Shown: positions 37,231 through 48,091, counted from the stretch's first letter. The stretch: DNA of 64,000 nucleotides from Bryobacteraceae bacterium (GCA_036003585.1 DASYSG010000045.1:37094-101093); one strand, 5' to 3'. Numbers and translations: made by a program. Notes: a model not told the origin generated them from the letters alone.

Positions 37231-37658
37231 GCTGTGGGCCTAACCTGATGAGAATTGCAAGCGCGACGAATTCTTCGAAGATCCTCGATGTCTGGCGGAG
37301 GTACTATGTCGTCTCCTTTGGACCCCAAAGTTGGCTTGATTTGTCTCTGTGAGATATTGCGTAGGCTAGAAGTGAAAGACCGCAGACAGGCAAACGTCAA
37401 GCGAGCGAGATCCGGGAAGCCGTTATGAGGAAGCCTGCCGTATCCGCTCAATGTGGCGTGTTTACATGGCGAGGACTCGTGATTTACTCTCCTAAGCGCT
37501 CCGGCTAAGAGCTGGGAGGACGCTGACGCCATCTTTCCGTCTTCTCCACCAGATCCGACATGACACGGAGAATGAGCAACACATGAAAGCGAGCTCTGAA
37601 GGAATCGGTTTCTCGCCGTAAGTCCTGCTCGCGGCGGAATTTAGATCGCGTCCTTACG

Positions 37659-38735
37659 CTACTCTGGATCACGTGCGCCGCGTCCGGCCCTCCGAACGGC
37701 CTCAAACCTCCAGTCGATTCGTCGATGCTTGAATTTCCTCGCGGACGGCTGCCCGACAACCCACTCCACTCCTATTTGTCCGTTGACCACGGGCCACGGG
37801 CTGACCTTGATGAAAGGTATGTCGGGAAAGGCGCTGATGTCGAGCGGGTAGCGGGGCTCTGGATGAAGAATGCCAAGCACGGCGCTCTGGTCGCCCGCCA
37901 CGCTCACCAACAGAACTGCTGAGATGCTTGGTCGCTTCGCAGTTATCTCACGTGTCTTGGGATTGCCACGTAGAAAAACCGAGTGCTCCAAGTTCGTGAT
38001 TTGGCTGGTTTCACCGACTGCAATCGGGACCGAGATTTGCGCGTCCGAGATCAGAACTGATCGTGCGGCCAAGGTATTGCACAGAATGGCATCAGCTCCG
38101 ATATGACTGGAAACGATGGCAAGGACGCGCGGCATTGGGTGCTCGGAAAGCTGACGGACCTTGTCTGATGCGCGTTGCGTGATTCGTTCCGTCAGCAAAC
38201 TGAATGGGCCGCCGGAGATTTCTTCAGGGAACTCGTTTGGCCAACCGCTGTTCCGCTCGACCGCGGACGGTTCCAAAGTTGTGGCTTCGACAGCGAGTGG
38301 CCACGAACCGCTTTCACTGAACCAAATGGGTCGGTACGTACACATGAAGTCCGCCCCGCCGGCGAACACGTCCGAGATCGTAGGGCGCAACTGAAGTTGC
38401 TGGAGGATGCCGAACACAACGGCTTCCGCTAAAGCCGACTCCAGGCTTTCCTGCCGCAGGTTCTGAAAGGACTTCAGATTATTGGGCGCTTCGCCTTCGA
38501 TGTGCTTCACGAACGAGTCGACGAGTTCCTCCGTGGTTGTTGCGAAGCCGAAAAACTTGCTCCATGCGTCCGCGTCATAACCGGGCTTTTTCGATGAGCT
38601 GCCCAGCAAGTATCCGAGCGCCACCCCCGCTCCGACACCCGCGGCAGCCCACATCTCTTGCGCGCTCATCATACGAACCAGCTTAGCGTTGACGCGGCAT
38701 CCGTCACGAAATGAATGTTGGATGACTGATAGCAA
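37659..38735 (-). CDS. Hypothetical protein with an N-terminal TM helix
   Basis: Long ORF containing 'MWAAAGVGAGVALGYLLG'. No recognisable catalytic motif. The start may be at 38672. Confidence 0.5.
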   Translation of the reverse strand: MLSVIQHSFRDGCRVNAKLVRMMSAQEMWAAAGVGAGVALGYLLGSSSKKPGYDADAWSKFFGFATTTEELVDSFVKHIEGEAPNNLKSFQNLRQESLESALAEAVVFGILQQLQLRPTISDVFAGGADFMCTYRPIWFSESGSWPLAVEATTLEPSAVERNSGWPNEFPEEISGGPFSLLTERITQRASDKVRQLSEHPMPRVLAIVSSHIGADAILCNTLAARSVLISDAQISVPIAVGETSQITNLEHSVFLRGNPKTREITAKRPSISAVLLVSVAGDQSAVLGILHPEPRYPLDISAFPDIPFIKVSPWPVVNGQIGVEWVVGQPSARKFKHRRIDWRFEAVRRAGRGARDPE

Positions 38736-38802
38736 CGAGTGTCCTCTCTAGTAAGCTGCCTGCATCGCGTAGTTTGGAGGAAATATGAAGATGCGCCTCT
38801 TC

Positions 38803-39690
38803 TCAATTATGCCCGGCGACGAGCGCAGTCCCGCTCACACTTCCCGAAAGACCACTTCCGCTGATGTCCACCTCCGGCGTATTCCCCATGCGACAATCCA
38901 AAACTAGAGACGTAGTGGGTGGACTTCCCTGCGCGGCCAAGAGGTGCTCGCTGCTAGACCAAGCGCGAGCCGCCATGTAATGCTCTTCCACAGTCCCGAC
39001 AAGATGGAGAAGACCCAGATCGGAGCGGTAATCACCGCTTGAAATGGTCATCTGGTTGGATGGGCCCGTCCCAGCCGTTGATGGTGGATTTCCAGAATAA
39101 GCGAACGTCCCCACTGTGGTGACGCTTGTGCCGTCGCTCTTATATAGCGTGTAGGTCTGCGCAGTTGTATCTCGCGAAAACCCGATATAGACCCAGACGT
39201 CATTCGGAATTGCTGCCGCGAATGGGTTCGAACCGTTATTGATGTTAGCGGATGCCGTATCGTGCCCGACAATAATCGACCACGAGCCCGATGATCCAGC
39301 AAGGCTCATGAAGTACGGCCATGCCGTACTGCTATCGAGGGTTCCACCAGGGCCACCGCAAACCAGACAACCCTGCCCGTTGCTCGGCAGCTTGATCCAC
39401 ATGCCAATACTCAAATCGCCAACTACACGCAGCGGAGAGCTGGAAAGGGCTCCCCAGTTGATTTTGTCCGCTGTGCTCGCAAACTGTCGCGCACGCCCAC
39501 CGCTCTCGATCGCGATCACAGCCCCAGACAGCCGGATATACTCCTTCGTGAGCTGGGAAGACTGTGCTTGAGACAGGGGACTAAGCGGCACGCTACACAG
39601 GCATGCTACAGAAACAGCAAGCAAGTGTCCGAACCGAAGCGCCCCCTTCTGCGAGCTATGCCTTAATCCAACGCTATCACCGGCTCCCAT
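38803..39690 (-). CDS. Secreted LamG/concanavalin-like lectin-fold protein
   Basis: RBS AAGGAGA upstream of the ATG at 39690 and a signal-like 'LLAVSVACLCSVPLSPLSQAQS'. 'LSIGMWIKLPSNGQGCLV...WVYIGFSRDTTAQTYTLYKSDG' fits the Laminin_G_3 pattern. Confidence 0.5.
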   Translation of the reverse strand: MGAGDSVGLRHSSQKGALRFGHLLAVSVACLCSVPLSPLSQAQSSQLTKEYIRLSGAVIAIESGGRARQFASTADKINWGALSSSPLRVVGDLSIGMWIKLPSNGQGCLVCGGPGGTLDSSTAWPYFMSLAGSSGSWSIIVGHDTASANINNGSNPFAAAIPNDVWVYIGFSRDTTAQTYTLYKSDGTSVTTVGTFAYSGNPPSTAGTGPSNQMTISSGDYRSDLGLLHLVGTVEEHYMAARAWSSSEHLLAAQGSPPTTSLVLDCRMGNTPEVDISGSGLSGSVSGTALVAGHN

Positions 39691-39783
39691 GAATTATCTC
39701 CTTCTATCGACTCTCTGGTTTTTCCTTACTCCGCATCTCCTTTGGCGAGATAAGAGAATCGTGTGCGGACACCTTCCATCCAA

Positions 39784-40005
39784 CTATCGGTGATTCGGCG
39801 AGCCCGGTCTTCTCCGTTCTTGCCGTCTACCCAATAAAGTTCCAACAACATTCAGAAGGCCATACACCAAGTATGAGAGGAGTGGAAATAGAAGGGCGAT
39901 CCACAAAGCAACGTGGAGAACGAAGTAAACGAATGCAGTGATGGGCACCCACAGCAGGAGCAGCAGGAGACCGACACGCCATTTGACGATAAGCGGATTG
40001 CTCAT
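39784..40005 (-). CDS. 73-aa multi-TM protein; candidate immunity protein for RHS-2
   Basis: Its ATG overlaps the RHS stop as ATGA (40002-40005). 'VGLLLLLLWVPITAFVYFVLHVALWIALLFPLLSYLVYGLLNVVGTLLG' is almost entirely hydrophobic. Confidence 0.65.
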   Translation of the reverse strand: MSNPLIVKWRVGLLLLLLWVPITAFVYFVLHVALWIALLFPLLSYLVYGLLNVVGTLLGRRQERRRPGSPNHR

Positions 40006-43000
40006 TTGCAGTAGCTTGGCCTTCCGGCCAGAGCACCTACTGCCGCGCCAATCGCGGCTCCCCCGGCAGCGTTGAACCCGGGGCTGGTCCGAGTGGCTGC
40101 ACTCATGATCTTGGCCGGGTCACCTTCGTATTTCGCAATGATTTGATCTTGCGTATACGAACGAAGAGGCTTCATTCCGAAGTTGCCGATCCGCTTGATA
40201 CTTTCCCTCATTGCGGAACCCGCCAACGCAGTTTCCATTTCGGTAGCGCCCCCGCGAACCAGGAGAGGTATCGCTTTAGCGGCTCCGGCATAGGCCAGTC
40301 TGCCCACACCAAAGGCAAGTGGAGCAAGAGCGCCGCTTTCATACCATCCAGAACACTGATTGACGACGCTGTTGCTTCCCATGCGGTCGCGAATCTTTGA
40401 AGTCAAGCGGAAAGTGAGGGCATCGCCGGCACCTGAGACCACATCAACGAACCAAGTGGGGAAGGTCGGGAGATTTTCGTACCAAACTCCTCCCGAAGCG
40501 TTTTCAAAGTTCTCGATCACTATACCGCTGTTGATCGCACCCTGAAGCGCACCAGGCCCACCCAGCGGTACCTGCTCATTCCACGGCCCACTGTTCACGC
40601 CGCTGCTGATGTCGCCGATAATTCCACCAGCGATCGAACTGGCACCGCCGATGCCTGCGATCGTCTGACCGATTGCAACCAACTCGCCCTGTCCAGTGAG
40701 AGCCCCGATTGCATCCAAAACTGCCCCGCCGAGAATGCACCAGAAACATTCACCGCTCGGATCCGTGTACGTCAGTGGATTGTTCCCGACATACGAATAC
40801 CCGTTCCAAGTCTGCGGATCAGCGATGGACGCTCCCGCGTTGGCTGGGTCGACGCTTTGAAACCGCCCCTGGGTACTGCTGAAATAACGCGTCTGGAACC
40901 AATCCAGACCCGTCCCCGAGTTCACGTTGGCGGTCTCGGAATCCCGATCCTGCCCAGTGAACTTCTCCAGGAGGTTATCCGGACTGGAAGGGTACCCCAT
41001 CCCCGCCGCGTCGCGCCCGTTGATTCCCGAGAGAATCTCGTCGCCGAACGGAAGGTAATCATAACGGCGCACGGTGGTCGAGCCGTTCTTATCGGTCAGC
41101 ATCCGCGTGGAGCCCAGGTGATCTGCCGTCACGTAACATGTGGGAGTACCGCAAGGGCTGCCACTCGCCGCACCGCTATACTCCGCCGCCAGGTTCCCAA
41201 AGGCGTCATAGACATAGGTCGTAGTCTGACTATTCCACGTCTTGCTCACCCGCAGGCCGTTGCCGTCGTAAGAATACGAAGCGGTACTCCCGTTGATCGT
41301 CGCCGTAACTTGGCGGTTCTCGGCGTCGTAAGTGAAACTGCGGGCTGCGATGCCGGGCTGGATTACATTCCCATTAGCGTCATAAGTCCACCCAACGACT
41401 TGGTTCGCGCTCGTGAATGCGTTGCTGGCTTGTGGCGTCTCCTGAGTAAGCGACGGAAGAACGGCCGGGGCCACCTGGGAGTGGTAAGACACCCAGCGGT
41501 TGCCGTTCCCAGCATAGCCATACGTTTCCAAAGAGACGCCGCCTTCGGTGACGCCGGTCAAGCGATTCAGGTTATCGCCATAGCTATAGACCTGCGTCAA
41601 ATTCAGTGCCGGTGAACCGTTCAGCGCCGGAAAGGCGATGCTCTGCGACTGAAGATTTCCATTATTTCCGGTCGTACAAGAGGTAGCATTGCTCGGGCAA
41701 GGGTAGAAGCCAAGTGTAAGAAGCGAAGAATTCGAGGCTGAGTTGACCTGAAGGCCGATCGGTTGCAAGCGGTCATTCCACGTGACTTGCTGGGACACAC
41801 CGTTTCCAGTGGTCATCGTCGAGATGCCGCCCGGAGCGGTGTAGCTGATAGCGGCATAGTTTGTGTTGGCATTTACGTTCTGAATCGTCGCGATACGATC
41901 GGCGGCGTCCAGCCCGTATTTCACTTGCCGCCCGGACGGGTATTTCATGTAAGTTAACTGATCGGTCAGCGAGTATGCGTAGGTGAATTGGTAGGCCGGA
42001 TTGCTCGCGGTGGTCTGTGTACTGGTTACAATCCGCCCAAAAGCATCATGCGTATAGGTCGTGGTGCTAACCGGCGAGATGCACGAGCTGGTGTCGGTGG
42101 ATGTACACACCGACGAAAGACCGCCTTTGAAACCCACATCGTATGTATAAAAAACAGACGGCGTCGTAACCGTCATGCCGCCTACAGAGTAGGTTTTCTT
42201 CTTTAGGCGGGCAAGTCCATCATACGGGCCCAAAGCGGTCACGGTTCCGATTGCATCCGTTTTCTGCACGAGATTACCATTGCCGTCATAAACATAGCTG
42301 ACGGGTCCGCTCTCCGGGTTTGTTGCCGATTTCAGCCGCGAGAGTGTGCTGTAGACAAAGCACCGGCCATGAGTACTGTTGTCAGGAAGTGTGCACGTCG
42401 AGTTAGATTGGCCAGCCACATCGACGGCCACAAGGTTGTTTAGCGGATCATGACCGTAGTTTGTCTGTGTCCCATCAGGCTCCGTTACGGCGGCGAGTCG
42501 TCCGAGTCCGTCCGGACAGTTGATATGCGTGTTATTGGCTTCATCGGTCACGTTCACCGTCGGGCCAGCGCATCCACTCGTAGCCACATCGTAAGTAGTA
42601 GTCACAGTGCCTGTGAGGGAATCGGTGCTGCCCGGAGTGGGCTGCGAGGCTCCGGCATAGTTATCTACCCTAGTCACCCGGCCTGCTGGATCGCGCGTCG
42701 TCACGGTCCAGCCCGTCGTATTGTCAGCGGCGTAATGTGGATTGGATGTCAATTCGTAGCTGCGATGCGCCGTCGCAGAGAAGCTGTACACTTTGTCGAC
42801 TAAATTGGTAGAGGTCCCGCTGCCATTTTGGATCTGAATGACCCGGCCCACAGGATCATAAAACGTTTTGGATGTTAAAGGCTGTCCAGGCAGGTCGTCG
42901 CTCGATGTCGCAACCGAAAGGTTTACGTCGTCATAGATCGTGGTGGTGGTCCGGTCCAAGGATCCTGCTTGCTCTTCCACTGTCTTTTGTCGGCCAAGGT

Positions 43001-45404
43001 CGTCGTACGTGAAGGTAGTCGTGATGGAATTGTCGGCATCCGCTACAGCGGAGGGCAACCCGCTGTTAAAATCTATTGAATAGGTCGTCGTACGGCCCTC
43101 GGTTAACATCGACGGACTGGGGCACGCGGTGCTGGTCGCCCCCACAAATCGAGCCACTGGATAGAGGTTGTTCGTGCCATAGCAGATGAGCGTTATGACT
43201 CCGTTGGGATCAGTTTGGGACGCTAGATTTCCGTTCGCAAGATACGTGAATGTGCTAGTGATGTTGTTGTTGATCGTGGAATCGTACTGCTGCACTTGTG
43301 TGAGGTTAGCGGTCGTGAGCGCATTGTCGTAGGTGTAGGTCGTGCACGCCGCCGCACTCGCGCACGTCATGCTGTTAACCATTACAGTCTGTTTTGCTCT
43401 GAGATACGTAGGGACTCCGTATTGCTGCCAATACGTCGGGTTTGGAGTGGGCTGAAAATACGCGGTGTTGGTAGTCCTTGCGGCGGTTCCCGAAATCGAC
43501 GTTACAAAAGTGCCTCCGCCTTGCAGTACGCTGCCGCTCGAAAGCCAATCATACTCATATAGAGTAGTCGGATTGCCATTCTGGTCCTGCGTGATTTGGG
43601 CTCCGTTTGAAACACTTAAACCAGGGGGAGTCTGAGTACGGTACTGCACATACGGGTTGAAGATCGCGGATGAAGGCAAACTACCTGGGGTAGGATTGCT
43701 GGTCCACCCCATCAGCGTTACACTCCCATCGCGATTCAAGATCTTGTAGGGCAGAGCCGGACAGAAATCACGCGATTTAAAGGAGGGCGAACACAAGTTC
43801 GCTGTAAAGATTTCGCTAACGCTTCCGTCAGGATAGGTGACTTGGCCCGCCGTACCGGTCTGCGGATAGCTGAATGCATTCGAAGGACCGAGAATTGAGT
43901 AGCTGGTCGTTTCCGTAGTCGTTGAATACTGAAGCACCTTGTTCGTGATGGGGTTAACTGCCGTTGCCGGCGGCCGCGGATAGGTCGCGAGTGGACAGGA
44001 GATCCCCACATCGTAGCAGTAGGTATACGTGGCGTTGTATTGCTGGGTCAAGTTGCCTGTTGTGCCGGTTGACATGGCCAGCGAATGGACTTCACCCCAA
44101 CTGCTGTAGCCAAACGTAAAGCTGCTGAAGGCACCACCGCTTGTGGCGGCGGGTAATTCGATGGAATTGACCACCATGGGCAACGACGTCAGATTAGCCG
44201 CCAAATTGATGGTGGATGCGGTATATGTCGAACCGTCGGGATTGACCAGATTGTAGTATGAAATGCTCGAGTCAGGAGTAAGGCTTGCCCAGTCCACGTT
44301 CGTCGTCAGGTTTCCATGAATTCCTGGCCACGTGATCGTATCGGTCCACGTCCCCCCCGTGTTGGAGCCGTACTGAATCGTGATGCTTCGACCCGGTGAG
44401 GGTACTCCGCCGCTGTCGGTGGGCTTTGTTCCCACGGTTACAGTGCAGGGGCCGGAGGCGCAACTTCGGTCGAATATCAATTGGTTGCCGTTGCGATCTA
44501 TCACCCAGAGCGCGTCGCTGTCATTGGCGTGTCCGCCTGGACTCACGATCGTGGGGAACCAGCCTTGGCTGCTTACTTGACTCCCGTCGGCAAGATATGC
44601 GATCCAGCTTCCGAAGCCGCCATAGACGGACACTTCCACGCGGATGTAGGTGCTGTCACTGGACGCGAATACGAGCGTGCCCAAGAACTGAGTATTTGTC
44701 AGCCCACAACTCTGGCTTGTGTTTCCACCGACATCGTACTGCCAATAAGCATCGTTGGGATCACGGGCGATCGATGTGGATGGAGGGCTAGTGACGACGC
44801 CGTCCTGTATAGTCGCAACCAAAGTCAGCACATGATTGCTCCCATCGGGTGTTTGCAAATAATTTTTGAACCAGGCGTGCTGGCCGACGGTTCCAATTCC
44901 GTCACACTGGTCCGAGAGGTTGAAATCAGGATAGCGCGGCTGGGACCAGAGCGTATAGTTGAAACTATAATTCCAGCCTCCCCCGTGCAGGCTACTGGCG
45001 TATCGGTATTGTAATGGATTGCCCGGAATCGCGCTTTGTATGTCATAGATGGTGCTGTTATAGGTCAGATTCACTCCTGTCGCAAGATCACCAGGTCCTG
45101 GCGGCAGGTGCGCCAAGGGGATCGACAGGCCGACGTTGCCAGTGCTGGCATTCACTGACTCGATTTGGCTGAGAGCATACTGGCCGGTCGCCGACGAGCC
45201 TCGGGTCGTCACGCTATCGGGAGGATCAGTGAGCGCGACCTGAGCCAAGGTTGAGCATACAAGGCAATTGATGATGAAGAACAACCGCCAACCCACCACT
45301 CGATTCTTGAGCGCGGATGTCTCTCCTGCCAGCCTTGCGTGGGGACCACGGTTTGGCGGATTTCTGGCAAACTTAGCACTCCCGATGGTTCCTGTTTGGC
45401 CCAT
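40002..45404 (-). CDS. RHS/YD-repeat polymorphic toxin (1800 aa) with a glycine-zipper-rich ~248-aa C-terminal domain
   Basis: RBS GGGAGGAG upstream of the ATG at 45404. YD-type repeats include 'YTYDDLGRQKTV', 'YVYDGNGNLVQKTD', 'YSYDGNGLRVSK' and 'YVYDAFGNLAAE'. The core end is 'RRYDYLPFGDE...QTRYFSSTQGRFQSVDP...WNGYSYVGNNPLTYTDPSGE'. The CT contains 'ILGGAVLDAIGALTGQGELVAIGQTIAGIGGASSIAGGIIG'. Confidence 0.9.
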   Translation of the reverse strand: MGQTGTIGSAKFARNPPNRGPHARLAGETSALKNRVVGWRLFFIINCLVCSTLAQVALTDPPDSVTTRGSSATGQYALSQIESVNASTGNVGLSIPLAHLPPGPGDLATGVNLTYNSTIYDIQSAIPGNPLQYRYASSLHGGGWNYSFNYTLWSQPRYPDFNLSDQCDGIGTVGQHAWFKNYLQTPDGSNHVLTLVATIQDGVVTSPPSTSIARDPNDAYWQYDVGGNTSQSCGLTNTQFLGTLVFASSDSTYIRVEVSVYGGFGSWIAYLADGSQVSSQGWFPTIVSPGGHANDSDALWVIDRNGNQLIFDRSCASGPCTVTVGTKPTDSGGVPSPGRSITIQYGSNTGGTWTDTITWPGIHGNLTTNVDWASLTPDSSISYYNLVNPDGSTYTASTINLAANLTSLPMVVNSIELPAATSGGAFSSFTFGYSSWGEVHSLAMSTGTTGNLTQQYNATYTYCYDVGISCPLATYPRPPATAVNPITNKVLQYSTTTETTSYSILGPSNAFSYPQTGTAGQVTYPDGSVSEIFTANLCSPSFKSRDFCPALPYKILNRDGSVTLMGWTSNPTPGSLPSSAIFNPYVQYRTQTPPGLSVSNGAQITQDQNGNPTTLYEYDWLSSGSVLQGGGTFVTSISGTAARTTNTAYFQPTPNPTYWQQYGVPTYLRAKQTVMVNSMTCASAAACTTYTYDNALTTANLTQVQQYDSTINNNITSTFTYLANGNLASQTDPNGVITLICYGTNNLYPVARFVGATSTACPSPSMLTEGRTTTYSIDFNSGLPSAVADADNSITTTFTYDDLGRQKTVEEQAGSLDRTTTTIYDDVNLSVATSSDDLPGQPLTSKTFYDPVGRVIQIQNGSGTSTNLVDKVYSFSATAHRSYELTSNPHYAADNTTGWTVTTRDPAGRVTRVDNYAGASQPTPGSTDSLTGTVTTTYDVATSGCAGPTVNVTDEANNTHINCPDGLGRLAAVTEPDGTQTNYGHDPLNNLVAVDVAGQSNSTCTLPDNSTHGRCFVYSTLSRLKSATNPESGPVSYVYDGNGNLVQKTDAIGTVTALGPYDGLARLKKKTYSVGGMTVTTPSVFYTYDVGFKGGLSSVCTSTDTSSCISPVSTTTYTHDAFGRIVTSTQTTASNPAYQFTYAYSLTDQLTYMKYPSGRQVKYGLDAADRIATIQNVNANTNYAAISYTAPGGISTMTTGNGVSQQVTWNDRLQPIGLQVNSASNSSLLTLGFYPCPSNATSCTTGNNGNLQSQSIAFPALNGSPALNLTQVYSYGDNLNRLTGVTEGGVSLETYGYAGNGNRWVSYHSQVAPAVLPSLTQETPQASNAFTSANQVVGWTYDANGNVIQPGIAARSFTYDAENRQVTATINGSTASYSYDGNGLRVSKTWNSQTTTYVYDAFGNLAAEYSGAASGSPCGTPTCYVTADHLGSTRMLTDKNGSTTVRRYDYLPFGDEILSGINGRDAAGMGYPSSPDNLLEKFTGQDRDSETANVNSGTGLDWFQTRYFSSTQGRFQSVDPANAGASIADPQTWNGYSYVGNNPLTYTDPSGECFWCILGGAVLDAIGALTGQGELVAIGQTIAGIGGASSIAGGIIGDISSGVNSGPWNEQVPLGGPGALQGAINSGIVIENFENASGGVWYENLPTFPTWFVDVVSGAGDALTFRLTSKIRDRMGSNSVVNQCSGWYESGALAPLAFGVGRLAYAGAAKAIPLLVRGGATEMETALAGSAMRESIKRIGNFGMKPLRSYTQDQIIAKYEGDPAKIMSAATRTSPGFNAAGGAAIGAAVGALAGRPSYCK

Positions 45405-45425
45405 CGATGTTCTCCTCCCTATACG

Positions 45426-46274
45426 CTAAGGCTCGAACGTAGATGGATCGGCGGCAGATCCTATTGCAGCGTTCACCGTTTGAAAACTCAAAATCTGCTT
45501 GCCGTTCTCCAGGCGCACGATCTTCCCTGGAAACCATTGGCCGTTCTGCTGAATCCAGTTGCTCAACTGGGTTTCCGTAACATTTTGCTGTCCCGCCCGT
45601 GAGACCACGACCATTCGCACGTCGGCCATGAGCGCAGTTTTCTCGTCGATCGCAATAAAGATTTGCTCCTGTAGTGGGGTCGCGGGTGCCAGTCCAGGCC
45701 GGTTCTTGGGTGAGAATGCGAATACCGTCCAGTACGGGCCCGTATAGCTCTGCGCTGGGCCAGCATCGGTACGGAACTGGGATCCAATACGCCGCAAACC
45801 GCCGCCGGTCGCTAACTGGAGAAATACCGTATCAGGAAAGGCCGCCAGCAAGCTGTCAAAGATGCGTTCGTCATCCGCCGTGGGTTGCCCTGATTTTGTT
45901 TGGATTTGGGACCCGTCAAACGTTATAGCCCGTGTCTGACCCTCGCGGTACGCCAGATATCCAGGCGCCTGCACTGTGATCTGTGCGTTCCGGGATCCGC
46001 TCCCGTCAGTGATTGTGCCGCTCAGCACTACTTGAGCTTTCTCGGGGCTGGTCATCCGACCGCCCATCTGCTGTAGGCATCCAGCTAGACCTGGCGGGAG
46101 GTCTCCTGGTTTGATGAGGTCGCCTCCATTCGCCAGCTTGAATCCCTGTGCTCCGACGGATGCCTGTGGCTGTGGGGCGTTTTGTCCAAACGCTGATAGA
46201 GCTAGACCAATCGTCAAGGCTCCGCGAAATATTTCCAAAGAGAAGAAGGTCTTTCGAAGAAAAGCTCTGCCCAT
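45426..46274 (-). CDS. Secreted hypothetical protein, first gene of the RHS-2 operon
   Basis: The ATG at 46274 gives 'MGRAFLRKTFFSLEIFRGALTIGLALSAFGQ'. It ends 21 nt upstream of the RHS-2 start. Confidence 0.55.
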   Translation of the reverse strand: MGRAFLRKTFFSLEIFRGALTIGLALSAFGQNAPQPQASVGAQGFKLANGGDLIKPGDLPPGLAGCLQQMGGRMTSPEKAQVVLSGTITDGSGSRNAQITVQAPGYLAYREGQTRAITFDGSQIQTKSGQPTADDERIFDSLLAAFPDTVFLQLATGGGLRRIGSQFRTDAGPAQSYTGPYWTVFAFSPKNRPGLAPATPLQEQIFIAIDEKTALMADVRMVVVSRAGQQNVTETQLSNWIQQNGQWFPGKIVRLENGKQILSFQTVNAAIGSAADPSTFEP

Positions 46275-47326
46275 CCGTGCCCTCGCTAGAATTCTCGCCG
46301 AGTGAACGAAATGCCATTGACCTTTCGGACGCCCGCTCAGGGAACCGACAATCCAAATGCCTTTCGGCATTTTTAAGGACGAATTCGATCTTACTCCAGG
46401 AATAAAACGTAGTCAACAGGTTTATGGTTGCTAATGAATGTTTCTCTCGTGACATTCGACCTTAGACTGGCGGCGAGTAGCGCTGCGCAGTCGCTCATTC
46501 GCGAATTAGTTGGGTGCCAGGCGTTGCCAAATCGAAGACCTGCAATCAAAAGGAATCGGGGGAACTCCTTGGCCTCTTTTATCCGTGATTACGCTATTTA
46601 TTAAATGTAGAGTCGTCAGATCCGCTGGGCCAGTTCGCTGTTACCTCTAGCACGGATGTCCCCTTTTGGTGGCTGCATGCACTCTCTACCTGAAGAGTTT
46701 GAGTGCTGTGCCATCTTAGGAACGACGGTGGAGCTTAGAAAGTAGACCAGTTTACAGGTAGCGGCGTCCCAACTTTGGAGTGATTTGCGGGGGATGGCTG
46801 GAGCTTAGGACACCACCTGCTTTGCGGGGCGCTCTTTGGGCTGGAGCTGAAGCCGCCCTTGTAAATCGGCGCTGGAAAGGAGGCGACGCGACTAAGCGTC
46901 TGTGGACAACTCACTATTGACAAGTCCCTTTGGCTCTGGTAGTTGCCGCTTGACGGCTCCCCCTCCGGACGTATCATAAAGGACGTTATGAGGCGTCAAT
47001 CGAAGGAGGGAGCGCACTCGATTCGGGGATAAGTCGGCTTCACTTCAACCACTGTGACTGCCGCGTACGGCACAGACAGGCTCCGGGAAAGTCCCCCAAC
47101 GGATGACTGGTAACTGACCTTCATTGGTTCATGCGGCGGTGGGAACTACATCCTGTGAATACGCCAAGTCCATGCCTTGACCGCGCAACTCGCAACTCGA
47201 GGAGTTGCAGCTGCCACTTCGGAAAGGGATGAATCGGCTGATGCGACCTGACTTCCACCGGCTAAAGTGGTTGTTATTGGGCTATTCGTATCCGATGTCT
47301 CACTCCGCTCGGCTAACCTTGAAAGT

Positions 47327-48031
47327 ATGCATCCGGCTCTCAATCTTCCGCCGATTCCGGTCGAGCAATTGTTCGCTCAGGTTCAGGACCAGTTAGACAA
47401 AGTAAGCGCATTCCTGCCTGCACTTAATCGCGGCGAAGGCCCGGACGACAACTGCTACAGAGGGATCTTCAAAGGCCTTCTGATAGAAACGCGAGACGGC
47501 TTCACCAACGCAGTCGAGGCATGGAAGGCGAAAGACTACAGAAGGCTCGCTTGGGCAACGCGCAGCCTTGTGGAATTGAAACTCTGGACCAAGTACGTTA
47601 TCGCGTCCAAGGAAAATGCGCTTGCCATTAACCGTGAATACGACGTCGATGGCAGCAACCTCTGGGCGCTTCTGAAACCGGTTCTCAATACGGACGCAGG
47701 TCAGCAACTCTTCTCGCAAGTCTTTTCGATGCCGGTGTTGGAAATGACGACCAAGATTCAGCAACACCTCGAGTCGGTCGGCCTCACCGGAGACGAAGAC
47801 TTTATGAGAATGGCCCAGGTCGCGAAAGAGGTAGGCCTGACGGCCGAATACAAGTACACCAATTCCATCCTGTCCAAGTTCGTGCACGCAACTGGACTTT
47901 CCATCCTTGTCCCTCCCGAGCGGGCCGAAATCCTGATGCCATTGAACTGCATCGGCGCTTGTGTCAACACCAACCAAATCCTGGGCGACGTACATGGTCA
48001 TCTGCCGAAGGTCGGCCTGCCTACCTTCTAA
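47327..48031 (+). CDS. Hypothetical alpha-helical protein
   Basis: The ATG at 47327 gives 'MHPALNLPPIPVEQLF'. It converges on the Ubl operon. Any resemblance to AbiV/DUF5677-type proteins is only an impression. Confidence 0.45.
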   Translation: MHPALNLPPIPVEQLFAQVQDQLDKVSAFLPALNRGEGPDDNCYRGIFKGLLIETRDGFTNAVEAWKAKDYRRLAWATRSLVELKLWTKYVIASKENALAINREYDVDGSNLWALLKPVLNTDAGQQLFSQVFSMPVLEMTTKIQQHLESVGLTGDEDFMRMAQVAKEVGLTAEYKYTNSILSKFVHATGLSILVPPERAEILMPLNCIGACVNTNQILGDVHGHLPKVGLPTF

Positions 48032-48091
48032 ACAAGAATGCCCCGGATTCCCGGCTCGATCTGGTACGTACAGGATGGGAATAGTTTTTAT

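Noticed and set aside
46729-46810. Direct repeat tggagcttag(a/g)a at 46729 and 46799.
   Set aside because: A 10-11-bp match in 64 kb is expected by chance many times over. There is no supporting structure.
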